In this document: positions 40,681 through 50,759 of the stretch, in pieces
Numbering within the stretch: position 1 is the stretch's first letter
Layout of the letters: each line of letters begins with the position of its first letter
Source: Chitinophagales bacterium
Lineage (GTDB): Bacteria; Bacteroidota; Bacteroidia; Chitinophagales; UBA10324
Length of the DNA stretch: 64,000 bases
Assembly: GCA_025057275.1 (NCBI GenBank)
Contig: JANWXQ010000065.1
Span: 20,511 to 84,510, forward strand
Direction: 5' to 3'
Notes under the pieces: generated by a model
What the model saw: the letters and a program-made list of their open reading frames with translations, nothing else
The model's database searches: none
Told to the model about the DNA's origin: nothing
Position numbers and translations under genes: made by a program

Positions 40681-42472
40681 ATAGCTTTCGATCCGATATT
40701 TTGCGATCCAGAAATGGGGAATCGGACTGACGCTCCCGGGCCTGCTGCCAGTACGAAACAGCCTGATCTACGTCGCCCAGCCGAAAGAGCACATCCCCAT
40801 AATGTTCCAGAATGGTTGCATCGGTATCGCCGCCATTGACCAAAGCTTCCTGCAGGTACTTCCGGGCTTCATCGTAACGGCCCAACTGATACAACACCCA
40901 GGCGTACGTGTCCAGATAGGCGGCGTTGCGCGGTGACAGGCTCAGCGCTCTTTGCGCAAGCTCCAAAGCCTTCGGAAGCTGTTCTTTTCGCAGCGAAAGA
41001 AAATAGGCATAGTTATTCAGTGCGAGGGTATTGTTCGGGTCATACAGAATGGCCCGCTCATAGCAACTGTCGGACGCTGCCGCATTGCCGAGGTAATGAT
41101 ACGAATCGCCACACAGGGCATAGAGTTGTGCGGTAAAGCGAAGGTCGGCAGGCCCAAGGGCAATGGCCCGGCTGAAAGCAGCTACGGCTTCCTGATGCCG
41201 GTTGAGGCGCACCTGGGCATACCCCTGGTAATAGTGAGCAATGACCTGATCAGGGAAATAGTTCAGGCATTGCGTGGTAACAGCAGCCAGGGAATCGTAG
41301 CGGCGCTGGTGGTCAAAAATGAAAAAGATCTGTTGCCAGACCGTAAAAATTCCTGAGGTGATCTGGAGTGAGCGGCGATATGCTGCCAGCGCACTGTCCA
41401 GTTGGTTGTCCTGATAAAGAAAATCGCCATACAAGGCCTGGGCCTTCGCACTGTTGGGATGCATGCGCGCAAAAAGCCGGGCATAGTCTATGGCTGCCTT
41501 GACTTGCTGCTGCGCGCGGGGATCCGATGACTGAAACAAATCCAGAAAGGGAATGAGCAGGGATATTCCCGCATCTTCTGAAAGACCGGGATTGCTGAAT
41601 ACCCTGCGATAGGTTTCATCAGCCTGCTGGACATTGCCTTTGCGCTCGTGGTACCTGGCCAACCATACCTGACCACGGGCATCATCGGGATATCGGATAA
41701 GAAACTGCTGCAAGGCTTCATACGCTTCGGCATCGCGGTTTTGCGAAAAACCAAATTCAATGAGGCGATGCCAGTAGGATGGCTGTGAAGGGTCGCTGTC
41801 CACCAGGCGGCGCAATTCCTCCATCGCCCGGTCGGGCTTTTTCAACTGAAGCCAGAGCCGCACCTTCTGATCTACAATATCTTCCGTCAGGCCAAAGCGT
41901 TCCTGAAAACGGTTAAGGATGTCCAGGGCCAATGCATACTGGCGGTCTTGTTCGGCAAAAAAGGCCCAGTTGAACCAGTGCTGCACCACGTCGGGCTGGA
42001 GGCGAACGAGTTGCTCGTAGGTTTTGATGGCGTCGCGGTAATTTCCGGTTCCTCCCTGCAAGGTGCCCAGCAGATCGAGATACCAGGGATTTTTCGGATC
42101 CATCCGTGCAGCCGCCTGGGCATAGTAGAGCGCATCCACAAACTGACGGGAAGTGCTGAGAATCTGGGCAATGTTGAAGTAGGCTGCATCATTACCCGGG
42201 TCCAGTTTGATTACTTCCTTGTACAGATTAAGCGCGGCCTGATAATCACCCAGCATTTCCATTTTGCAGGCATCAATAAATTTTTCCGACACCATCCGGT
42301 AGCGCGGATCGTCCCTGGACAAAGAGGCCGGAGGTGCCTTGTCAGCAGGAACCGTCGTCTGGCCTAATGGTTTTTCCGAAGAGCAGGAAACGACAAAAAC
42401 CAGCAGCAGGAGCAGCGCTACGTGCAACACGGATGCAGATAAAACCGGCAGGGAAATCAATCGGGCAAACAT
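40673..42472 (-). CDS. Tetratricopeptide-repeat lipoprotein
   Basis: VVS-C lipobox, many TPRs, LNNYAYFL, YLDTYAWVLY, ILEHYGD. Confidence 0.9.
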   Translation of the reverse strand: MFARLISLPVLSASVLHVALLLLLVFVVSCSSEKPLGQTTVPADKAPPASLSRDDPRYRMVSEKFIDACKMEMLGDYQAALNLYKEVIKLDPGNDAAYFNIAQILSTSRQFVDALYYAQAAARMDPKNPWYLDLLGTLQGGTGNYRDAIKTYEQLVRLQPDVVQHWFNWAFFAEQDRQYALALDILNRFQERFGLTEDIVDQKVRLWLQLKKPDRAMEELRRLVDSDPSQPSYWHRLIEFGFSQNRDAEAYEALQQFLIRYPDDARGQVWLARYHERKGNVQQADETYRRVFSNPGLSEDAGISLLIPFLDLFQSSDPRAQQQVKAAIDYARLFARMHPNSAKAQALYGDFLYQDNQLDSALAAYRRSLQITSGIFTVWQQIFFIFDHQRRYDSLAAVTTQCLNYFPDQVIAHYYQGYAQVRLNRHQEAVAAFSRAIALGPADLRFTAQLYALCGDSYHYLGNAAASDSCYERAILYDPNNTLALNNYAYFLSLRKEQLPKALELAQRALSLSPRNAAYLDTYAWVLYQLGRYDEARKYLQEALVNGGDTDATILEHYGDVLFRLGDVDQAVSYWQQARERQSDSPFLDRKISDRKLYE

Positions 42473-42489
42473 GCGCTTAGCCGGTTTTA

Positions 42490-43491
42490 TTAACGTTGGA
42501 CGGCATAATCACCCAGGCTCAGGTCATCGGGATCGCCGTTTAAGGTAACGTGATTCCCCAGCAGCGAATTGCTGATGATGCGCTCGCGGATGCGAACCGA
42601 CGATTGGATGATGGAATTGGTTATGACGCTGTTTTCAATAGTGGTTTTTTCCCCTACCGAAACATAGGGCCCGACAACCGAATGCCTGATGCGAACCCCG
42701 GCGCCAATATAGCAGGGCGGCACCACCACGGCCTGTTCTATGGCTGCCGACGGATCAATGAGTTGCTGATCCCTGAACTGCTCCAGCAAAGCGCGGTTGG
42801 TGGCCACCGTGGCATCCTTGTTGCCGCAGTCCAGCCACTGGTTAACGGTGCCGGCATACAGCTTTTTGCCTTTATTCTTCATATGCTCCATGGCTGTGGT
42901 CAGTTGGAATTCGCCTTTGTCTTTGATGTCATGATCCAGCAGGTATTGCAGTTCCTCCCGAAGGTTGACGCCATCGCGGAAATAGTAGATGCCGATGATG
43001 GCCAGGTCAGACACATAAACCGGCGATTTCTCCACGAATTCCTGAATTAGTCCTTCCTGGTTCACCTTGACCACGCCGAACTGTTGCCAGTTTTCTACCT
43101 GCTTCACCCAGATGACACCATCGGCCTGGGGCGGCAGGGTCAGGTCGGCAAAAAACAGGGTGTCGGCAAAAGCAATAAGCACGCGATCGTACAAATGATC
43201 GGAAGCACAGAGAATGGCATGAGCGGTTCCCAGGGGTTGATCCTGATAGTGAATGGAAGCCGTTGCACCTACACCGCGGGCAATGCGCAGGAGTTCCTGT
43301 TCGGTTTCTTTACCGAAATCGCCCACCACGTAGGCAATGTGCTCTATCGGTTCGCTGACCTGACGGGCCACGTATTCCACAAGGTGACGTACAATCGGTT
43401 TGCCCGCTACGGGAATCAGGGGTTTGGGCGTGGTCAGCGTATGGGGGCGCATTCGCTTTCCCTGACCTGCCATCGGAACGATCAAACGCAT
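42490..43491 (-). CDS. Sugar-phosphate nucleotidyltransferase
   Basis: IVPMAGQGKRMRPHT...PKPL, WLDCG, C-terminal hexapeptide repeats. Confidence 0.9.
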   Translation of the reverse strand: MRLIVPMAGQGKRMRPHTLTTPKPLIPVAGKPIVRHLVEYVARQVSEPIEHIAYVVGDFGKETEQELLRIARGVGATASIHYQDQPLGTAHAILCASDHLYDRVLIAFADTLFFADLTLPPQADGVIWVKQVENWQQFGVVKVNQEGLIQEFVEKSPVYVSDLAIIGIYYFRDGVNLREELQYLLDHDIKDKGEFQLTTAMEHMKNKGKKLYAGTVNQWLDCGNKDATVATNRALLEQFRDQQLIDPSAAIEQAVVVPPCYIGAGVRIRHSVVGPYVSVGEKTTIENSVITNSIIQSSVRIRERIISNSLLGNHVTLNGDPDDLSLGDYAVQR

Positions 43492-43531
43492 TCAGTAAAC
43501 ATCTTTTTAATTAGAAACTTTTCTTTATCCA

Positions 43532-43966
43532 TCAGGAAGTTCCTGTATGGCCGAAACCACCGGTGCCGCGGCTGGTCTGCTCCAGTTGCTCTGCCACCTG
43601 CCATTCCACCTGTTCGTACCGGCTGATTACCAGTTGGGCAATGCGCTGGGCCGGCTCGATGCGCTGTTCGGCATCGGAAAGGTTGATTACGATCACCTGC
43701 ACTTCACCACGATAATCGCTGTCGATGGTTCCGGGCGTATTGAGCAGGGTCAGTCCCTGGCGAATGGCCAGACCGCTGCGCGGTCGCACCTGAGCTTCGT
43801 AACCAGCAGGCAATTCAATAAAAATGCCGGTCGGTATGAGCCGGCGCTCCAAGGGTCTGAGCACAACCGGCTCGGACAGGTCAGCGTAGAGGTCCATTCC
43901 GGCCGAGCCCTCAGTGGCATATGCAGGTAAAGGATTGGCTGACCGGTTGATGATTTTTATTTTCAT
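43532..43966 (-). CDS. dut: dUTP diphosphatase
   Basis: [33 protein letters not shown]; -7 element TACCTTTG at 43975-43982. Confidence 0.97.
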   Translation of the reverse strand: MKIKIINRSANPLPAYATEGSAGMDLYADLSEPVVLRPLERRLIPTGIFIELPAGYEAQVRPRSGLAIRQGLTLLNTPGTIDSDYRGEVQVIVINLSDAEQRIEPAQRIAQLVISRYEQVEWQVAEQLEQTSRGTGGFGHTGTS

Positions 43967-44011
43967 CAGGCGCCCAAAGGTACGTATTGCCAGCGAGGCG
44001 CAGCCTCCCCG

Positions 44012-45502
44012 TCACGATGGCGTTGGGCGGGCTTTTTCCATACGCATTACCAGCATGCAGTAGGCGGCCACCAGAGCTGCTGCCACCAGTTCATACACTC
44101 CGGCAGCCAGCAAGGGCCGCAGCAAGGCCCCCACGCCAAACAACGCCGATGCCGCCAGCAGATACAGAACAATACGCCTGATCGCATAAGGCACCGGATA
44201 ATATCGCTGGCCCAGAACATATGAAATCAGCACCATGGTCAGATAGCAGAAAAACGTAACCCAGCTGGCACCTACATAGCCATACTGCGGAATCAAAAAC
44301 CAGTTCAGCGCAAACGTAAACACCGCTCCATACACAGCCACCCATGCACCCAGTCGCGTCTGATCCGTGAGTTTGTACCAGATGGTCAGGTTGTAATAAA
44401 CGCCCAGAAACAACTGGGCCATCAACAGAATGGGAACAACTGCAGCGCCTTCGTAATAAGCCTCGGTAACAAACAACCGCTGCAGCCAGTGCAGAAACAA
44501 AGACACCGCAAGAAAAATGCCGCCGCCAGCTGCTACGAAGTAATTCATGACGCGGGCATAGGTCATGCGGGCATCCTGTTTGTGTGCTTCATTGAAGAAA
44601 AACGGTTCGGCAGCCATGCGGAACGCCTGAACGAAAAGGGTCATTAAAACGGCCAGCTTGTAATTGGCGCCAAACACCCCAAGCTGGTGCAGGGCTTCCT
44701 CTGCAGGAATCTGCAGCCGGTATTTCAGCATGGCGCGGCTCAGCATTTCATCTACCATACCGGCCAGCCCCACCACCACCAACGGCAAACTGTAGTGCAG
44801 CATCCGACGCCACAGGCTCCAGTTCATATGCCAGCGAATGGAAAAAAACTGACGGGCAAAAAGCAATAGGGTAACCGCACTGGCCACCAGATTGGCGATA
44901 AACACATAGCCAACACCCAGACCGGGATCGTACCACCTCAGGATCCAATGCGAAAGAGCCTGATCGCTGTGTTCCCGCAGCCACCAGGGAATGCCGGCCA
45001 GCAGCAGGAGGTTGCACCCCACATTAACCGAAACATTTATCAGGCGGTAAGCGGCAAAACGCAGCGGGCGCTGTTCCAGCCGCAGCCGGGCAAAGGGTAA
45101 TGCGACCAATGCATCCAGCCCCAGAATACAGGCAAACCAGATGACGAATTCTTCCTGACCCGGATAACCCATTGATGCGGCCAGCGGCTCGCTGAACCCC
45201 ACGAGCAGGCCCGAAAACAGCAGCGTGCTCAGCAGCAACGACATCATGCCGGTGCTGTATACGCGCCTTGCATCGTTTTCCAGCGTGGCAAATCGGAAAA
45301 AAGCTGTTTCCAACCCATAAACAAAAACGATATTTAAAAAAGCGACATAAGCATAAAATTCCGTGATGACGCCGTATTCCTTCGGATCACGGAAGACGGC
45401 CGTATGTACAGGAAGCAGCAGATAATTCAGAAATCTGCTGACGATGGTGCCTAAGCCATAAATGACCGTCTGACCGGCTAATCGGCGCAAAACCGGATGC
45501 AA
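44012..45502 (-). CDS. Polysaccharide flippase (Wzx/MATE-like); probable TTG start
   Basis: LAGQTVIYG, YGLETAFFRF, FRMAAEPFFF, many TMs. A -7-like TATCTTCG at 45525-45532 argues against the 45580 start. Confidence 0.85.
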   Translation of the reverse strand: MHPVLRRLAGQTVIYGLGTIVSRFLNYLLLPVHTAVFRDPKEYGVITEFYAYVAFLNIVFVYGLETAFFRFATLENDARRVYSTGMMSLLLSTLLFSGLLVGFSEPLAASMGYPGQEEFVIWFACILGLDALVALPFARLRLEQRPLRFAAYRLINVSVNVGCNLLLLAGIPWWLREHSDQALSHWILRWYDPGLGVGYVFIANLVASAVTLLLFARQFFSIRWHMNWSLWRRMLHYSLPLVVVGLAGMVDEMLSRAMLKYRLQIPAEEALHQLGVFGANYKLAVLMTLFVQAFRMAAEPFFFNEAHKQDARMTYARVMNYFVAAGGGIFLAVSLFLHWLQRLFVTEAYYEGAAVVPILLMAQLFLGVYYNLTIWYKLTDQTRLGAWVAVYGAVFTFALNWFLIPQYGYVGASWVTFFCYLTMVLISYVLGQRYYPVPYAIRRIVLYLLAASALFGVGALLRPLLAAGVYELVAAALVAAYCMLVMRMEKARPTPS

Positions 45503-45632
45503 CCGCGCATGAACTTTTCGCCGGCGAAGATAGGTTAGCCGACAGGGTGGCCGGGTTTTGTCTGACACAGTTGTGAACATTTACCCGCTCCTGCCGCTCC
45601 GCTCATCGGGCTTCTGCTAACTTCGTGCCGTC

Positions 45633-46481
45633 ATGAATGTTCCATCCATCGGAGAATTGCAGCAACTGGCCACCCAGATTCGCCGCGACGTACTGCGCAT
45701 GGTTCACGGTGCCCAAAGCGGGCACCCCGGCGGCTCGCTGGGCTGCGCCGATTTCATGACTGCGTTGTATTTCCGGATCATGAACCACCGCCTGCCTTTT
45801 TCCATGCAGGGCCACAATGAAGACGTTTTTGTGCTTTCCAACGGACATATTTCTCCGGTGTGGTACAGCACCCTGGCCCGCAGCGGTTACTTTCCGCTGG
45901 AAGAGCTGAAAACATTCCGCAAAATCAACTCCCGCCTTCAGGGACATCCCGCCACACACGAAGGATTACCCGGTGTGCGGGTAGCCACCGGCAGCCTGGG
46001 TCAGGGCATGAGCGTGGCCATAGGTATGGCTCTTGCCAAAAGATTAAACCACGATTCCGGTTTGGTGTTTTCCCTGCACGGCGACGGCGAACTGCAGGAA
46101 GGGCAATGCTGGGAAGCTGCGCTGTTTGCCGCTCATCATCGGGTAGATAACCTGATTGCCACTGTAGACTGGAACGGCCAACAGATTGACGGACCCACTC
46201 CCAAAGTGATGGATTTGGGAGACCTGAAAGCCAAGTTTGATGCTTTTGGCTGGCATACGCTGAACTGCAACGGAAACGTTATGGAAGAAGTAATCAAAAC
46301 GCTTCTGGAAGCCAAAAGCTGTTGCAGCAAAGGGAAGCCGGTGATTATCCTGATGAAAACGCATATGGGTTTTCCGGTAGACTTTATGATGGACAACCAC
46401 GAATGGCACGGCGTAGCCCCTAACGACGAACAATTGCAACGGGCCCTGGAGCAGCTTCCTGTAACGTTGGGCGACTACTGA
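45633..46481 (+). CDS. Transketolase, N-terminal (TPP-binding) subunit
   Basis: SGHPGGSLG, LSNGH, LQGHP, TGSLGQG, GDGELQEGQCWE, WHG. Confidence 0.95.
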   Translation: MNVPSIGELQQLATQIRRDVLRMVHGAQSGHPGGSLGCADFMTALYFRIMNHRLPFSMQGHNEDVFVLSNGHISPVWYSTLARSGYFPLEELKTFRKINSRLQGHPATHEGLPGVRVATGSLGQGMSVAIGMALAKRLNHDSGLVFSLHGDGELQEGQCWEAALFAAHHRVDNLIATVDWNGQQIDGPTPKVMDLGDLKAKFDAFGWHTLNCNGNVMEEVIKTLLEAKSCCSKGKPVIILMKTHMGFPVDFMMDNHEWHGVAPNDEQLQRALEQLPVTLGDY

Positions 46482-47911
46482 TGCCGAACCGTCGGCTCAC
46501 TTGTAGGAAATCTATGTTCCGGAATCAAGCCTCATGCGGCTTCACGTTTCACAATCCGTGGCTTCTGTCCGTTTTTCTGTGGACCCAACCGGCTTTAATG
46601 CCCTGTGCCAAGGCTCAGCCCGTGCAGCCGGTCAATGTGCTGTTCGTGGTAGATGCCTCAGGCAGCATGAACGGTTTGTGGAGTGGGCGCAGCAAGTTTT
46701 CCCTGGCCACCGAATTGGTGCTGCAAACGGCAGACAGCATCCGGCAGCAGGCCCGGCCAGCAGCATTTGGATTACGCCTGTTCGGCCATCAGCATCCCCG
46801 GCAAGCGCGCAACTGCACCGATACGCGTCTGGAAGTGCCTTTCGGCGCCAACAATCTTTCCCTTATTGAAAAAAAACTTCGGGAAACCACACCCAAGGGC
46901 CAGACGCCGATAGCGCTGGCTTTGGAACAAGCCATGAACGATTTTCCTGATTCCCTGGCGCTCAATGCTATTATCCTGATAACCGACGGATATGAAACCT
47001 GTGGCGGCGATGTTTGCCGGCTGGCTGAAGTCATGGCCCGGCGCGGCATTGCGCTTAAGCCGTTTATCGTGGGGTTGGGACTTACGGATTCCCTGGCTCG
47101 CCGTTTTGAATGCCTGGGTAATTTTTTTAATGTGCAACAATCCGATCAGTTGCAGGGAACGCTGCGCGTTATGGTGCAACGCATCATGAATCCGACCACC
47201 TGCGTGGTCAATCTGCTGGATTCGTATGGCCGGCCTACGGTCAGTAATGTGGAACTGTTTTTTTACCAAAGCGGAACCTCTGTTCTGCGCTATCAGGTAG
47301 TGCACACCCTCAATGCCAGCGGCCTTCCCGACACGCTGTTTCTGGACCCCCGGCTGCGCTACGACCTGGTGATTCAATCCATACCACCTGTTTCCATAAC
47401 ACAGGTCTCGCTGGCTGCCGGGCAGCACAACATTATTGCAGCAGATGTGCCTCTGGGCAGCCTGGAAGTCAGTATGGCAGGAACGACAGCCAGCGGCATC
47501 CGATGCCTGGTGCGCCCGCATGGAATGAACCGCATTCTGGACGTTCAGGACGTGAACACTGTTCGGCGGTATCTGGCCGGAACCTACGATCTGGAGGTGC
47601 TGACCTTGCCGCGGATCCAGCACCGTGCCATACGAATAGAAGATGGCAAGACGCACCGGATAACCGTGCCCGCATCCGGCACGCTGCAGCTTCAGCCTTC
47701 AGCTCCGGCTGCTGCCTCACTGATGCAGGTGAAGGATACGTTAATAGAAAAAATATATGACTTCGGTATTATTCGATCGTCGCACACCCTGCCGTTGCTT
47801 CCCGGCGATTACCTGCTGGTTTACCGTCCGGAAAAAGGCCGTTCGGCACAACAGACCCGCCAGGTGCCGGTTCGCATTCATGCCGGCCGACCAACTGTCA
47901 TTCGATTATGA
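46481..47911 (+). CDS. Exported VWA-domain protein (paralog 1)
   Basis: Signal-like N-terminus ending AKA-Q, MIDAS DASGS, GQTPI, ITDGYETC; beta-rich C-terminal domains. Confidence 0.85.
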   Translation: MPNRRLTCRKSMFRNQASCGFTFHNPWLLSVFLWTQPALMPCAKAQPVQPVNVLFVVDASGSMNGLWSGRSKFSLATELVLQTADSIRQQARPAAFGLRLFGHQHPRQARNCTDTRLEVPFGANNLSLIEKKLRETTPKGQTPIALALEQAMNDFPDSLALNAIILITDGYETCGGDVCRLAEVMARRGIALKPFIVGLGLTDSLARRFECLGNFFNVQQSDQLQGTLRVMVQRIMNPTTCVVNLLDSYGRPTVSNVELFFYQSGTSVLRYQVVHTLNASGLPDTLFLDPRLRYDLVIQSIPPVSITQVSLAAGQHNIIAADVPLGSLEVSMAGTTASGIRCLVRPHGMNRILDVQDVNTVRRYLAGTYDLEVLTLPRIQHRAIRIEDGKTHRITVPASGTLQLQPSAPAAASLMQVKDTLIEKIYDFGIIRSSHTLPLLPGDYLLVYRPEKGRSAQQTRQVPVRIHAGRPTVIRL

Positions 47912-49380
47912 ACATTCCTCTGCCAAAATCTTTACGTTGCTTTTTCCCCTCCGTAACGCGGCAGGGGAAATGGCTATCGACTGCTTATTTTTCATCCAGT
48001 TGCAGCAGACTGTTCGGACTGGCTGCTTTTTGGTTTCTGGTAACAACCTGTATAAGCCAAGCGCAGCCTGACGCTCCGGCTCTTACCCGCATCTTATTTG
48101 TGCTGGATGCCTCCAGCAGCATGAACGAGGCCTGGGGTGCCGGAACCCGGCTGAGCGAAGCCAAGCGGGTCATTGTTCGCCTGGCTGACTCGTTGAACGG
48201 CAGCAGCCGGATCCATCTGGGTTTGCGGGTGTACGGGCATCAGTTCCCCAGTCACGAATCCAATTGTCAGGATAGCCGTCTGGAGGTGCCCCTGGCTGCC
48301 CACAATGCCGCAAGCATCAAGGTTGCCTTGGCCCGACTGCGGCCTACCGGCATCACGCCTATCGGATATGCTCTGCAGGAAGCGGCTTCCGATTTTCCTT
48401 CAACGCCGGCAGGCCGCAACATTATTGTACTGCTCACCGACGGGCTGGAATCGTGTCAGGCAGACCCCTGCGCCATATCGCTGGAACTGCAGCGCAAAGG
48501 AGTTATTCTAAGGCCTTTTGTCATCGGATTGAATCTTGCTGATCGTGCCGAAGCCACCTTGGGTTGTATCGGCTCGTACTACAACGCCACCAGTCCGTCT
48601 GCCCTGCAGGATGCCATGCAAACAGCGATGGAACGCGTTCTTCAGGCCGCAGGCCTTCAGATAAATCTTCTGGATGCGCGAAACCGGCCGTTGGAAACCG
48701 ATGTGCCTATGTCGTTTCGTGACCACACTACCGGAACCTTGCGTTATCTGTACTATCACACGCTCACCGATCGCGGCATTCCCGATACGGTGGCTGTGGA
48801 TGCCGTTCCCCTGTATCACCTGACCGTGCATACCGTGCCGGCCTTGCAGCGCGGTCCGGTGCAGGTGCGGCGGTTGCACCCCGACACGGTGAATGTGCCA
48901 GCAGCGCAGGGATTTCTGCGCGTAGAGCTTGCCGGAAAAACCGTCAATCAGAATCTGAACAACAAAATCAAGGCGCTGCTGTACCGCCAGGGTGATTCAG
49001 CGCTTGTCGATGTGCTTCAGCTGGGAGAAACCCGAAAATACCTCTGTGGCACGTACCGGCTGGAGTTGCTCACCCTGCCGCGCATCACGCATGAGCAGAT
49101 CACTATATCCCAAAGCCATACCACCATAGTGACGCTTCCTCAACCCGGAATCCTGAGTATCAACAAAAGTTATGTTGTTACCGGTTCGTTGTTTGTCAGG
49201 CAGCAGGAGCGCTGGATAAAATTGTATGCACTCAACGAAAATCTGAACACTGAATTAATAGGTTTGCAGGCCGGAACCTATGCCCTGGTGTATCGCCCGA
49301 AAGCGGCCAGGCAGGCGCGCCAGACCAAGGTCATGCCGGTAACCATACGAAGCGGAGAAACCACAACCATCAGGCTATGA
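47908..49380 (+). CDS. Exported VWA-domain protein (paralog 2)
   Basis: Signal-like segment ending SQA-Q, DASSS, GITPI, LTDGLESC; aligns with paralog 1 over its full length. Confidence 0.85.
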   Translation: MNIPLPKSLRCFFPSVTRQGKWLSTAYFSSSCSRLFGLAAFWFLVTTCISQAQPDAPALTRILFVLDASSSMNEAWGAGTRLSEAKRVIVRLADSLNGSSRIHLGLRVYGHQFPSHESNCQDSRLEVPLAAHNAASIKVALARLRPTGITPIGYALQEAASDFPSTPAGRNIIVLLTDGLESCQADPCAISLELQRKGVILRPFVIGLNLADRAEATLGCIGSYYNATSPSALQDAMQTAMERVLQAAGLQINLLDARNRPLETDVPMSFRDHTTGTLRYLYYHTLTDRGIPDTVAVDAVPLYHLTVHTVPALQRGPVQVRRLHPDTVNVPAAQGFLRVELAGKTVNQNLNNKIKALLYRQGDSALVDVLQLGETRKYLCGTYRLELLTLPRITHEQITISQSHTTIVTLPQPGILSINKSYVVTGSLFVRQQERWIKLYALNENLNTELIGLQAGTYALVYRPKAARQARQTKVMPVTIRSGETTTIRL

Positions 49381-50360
49381 ATCCTTTTGAACAGTTCAGC
49401 GACCGCGATCAACAGGAAACCCGTGCCGGCTTCGGCGATGGCGTGTACGAGGTCGCCAGCCAGAACGATCAGGTGGTTGTGCTGACCGCCGATCTGGGCG
49501 GTTCCCTAAAGCTGGGTAAATTCATTAAAGCTTTTCCTCATCGTTTCTTTCAGTGCGGTGTGGCTGAAGCCAACATGATGGGTATTGCCGCCGGACTGGC
49601 TACGGCAGGAAAAATTCCCTACACCACCACCTTTGCCAACTTCAGCACCGGCCGCGTTTATGATCAGATCCGGCAAAGCATTGCCTACTCCCACAAAAAC
49701 GTCAAAATCTGTGCATCGCATGCCGGCCTGACGTTGGGCGAAGACGGAGCCACCCATCAGATGCTGGAAGATCTGGGCCTGATGCGCATGCTGCCCGGAA
49801 TGACGGTCATTTCGCCCTGCGATTACAATCAGACCAAGGCAGCAACGATAGCCATCGCCGCGCATCAGGGGCCATGCTATTTGCGCTTCGGACGTCCCAA
49901 ATGGCCCAATTTCACCCCTGCTGACCAGCGTTTTGAAATTGGCAAAGCCCAGGTGCTCGTTTCCGGAACCGATCTTACCCTGCTGGCAACCGGACACATG
50001 GTGTGGCAGGCCATACTGGCCGGACGGCAACTGCATGACAGCGGGGTTTCCGTTGAGCTCATCAACATTCATACCCTAAAACCGCTGGATGAAGCCACCA
50101 TTCTGGCATCGGTGCGAAAAACAGGATGTGTGGTAACGGCAGAAGAACATCAGAAATACGGTGGGCTGGGCGAGCGCATTGCCGCCCTGCTGGCCCAGCA
50201 GCATCCCGCGCCGTTGCGTATGGTGGCCGTCAACGATACCTTCGGCGAAAGCGGAAAGCCGGCTGAATTGCTTAAAAAGTATGGTTTGCATAGCAGCGAC
50301 ATTGTTCAGGCTGCCGGCGAGGTCTTGGCTGCTGCCTCCCGTAAAGCTCCGGTAAGCTAA
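49377..50360 (+). CDS. Transketolase, C-terminal subunit
   Basis: GVAEANM, GEDGATHQ, YLRFGR, HTLKPLD, DTFGESG. Confidence 0.95.
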   Translation: MNPFEQFSDRDQQETRAGFGDGVYEVASQNDQVVVLTADLGGSLKLGKFIKAFPHRFFQCGVAEANMMGIAAGLATAGKIPYTTTFANFSTGRVYDQIRQSIAYSHKNVKICASHAGLTLGEDGATHQMLEDLGLMRMLPGMTVISPCDYNQTKAATIAIAAHQGPCYLRFGRPKWPNFTPADQRFEIGKAQVLVSGTDLTLLATGHMVWQAILAGRQLHDSGVSVELINIHTLKPLDEATILASVRKTGCVVTAEEHQKYGGLGERIAALLAQQHPAPLRMVAVNDTFGESGKPAELLKKYGLHSSDIVQAAGEVLAAASRKAPVS

Positions 50361-50416
50361 GGGCAGACCATGCGTATCCAGGGATATGCCTACCTTTGTT
50401 AGATTAACAGAACTTC

Positions 50417-50629
50417 ATGAATACGATTTTGCTTCTTTCCCTTCCCGGCGGCAGCGAGTGGCTGTTGATATTTCTGGCCATTCTGTTGTTGTTTGGAGGA
50501 AAGAAAATTCCTGAACTGATGCGCGGCATTGGCCGCGGTATCCGCGAATTCAACAGCGCCAAAAACGACGTACAGCAGCAGATTCAGGAAGGCATGAAAG
50601 ACGAAGGCAAGCGCGAAAGCGGCGCCTGA
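50417..50629 (+). CDS. tatA: Twin-arginine translocase TatA/E
   Basis: LLLFGGKKIPELMRGIGRGIREF; -7 element TACCTTTG at 50391-50398. Confidence 0.95.
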   Translation: MNTILLLSLPGGSEWLLIFLAILLLFGGKKIPELMRGIGRGIREFNSAKNDVQQQIQEGMKDEGKRESGA

Positions 50630-50759
50630 TCAGGGCTGAAGCTTTCGGACTGCATCAACGGCCGCTGTCTTTTCCTGCTGACAGTGCGCTCTGCGCAGCG
50701 CTTATTTTGACCAGCAGAATTTTTTTTCATTGCAGAATCAAACTATCTTGCCCCTGCCC

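Noticed and set aside
15169-49380. AAA ATPase + VWA pair as a CbbQ/CbbO- or MoxR-like activase for transketolase
   Set aside because: The genes are about 29 kb apart, the ATPase is CbbX-type rather than MoxR-type, and the VWA proteins look exported
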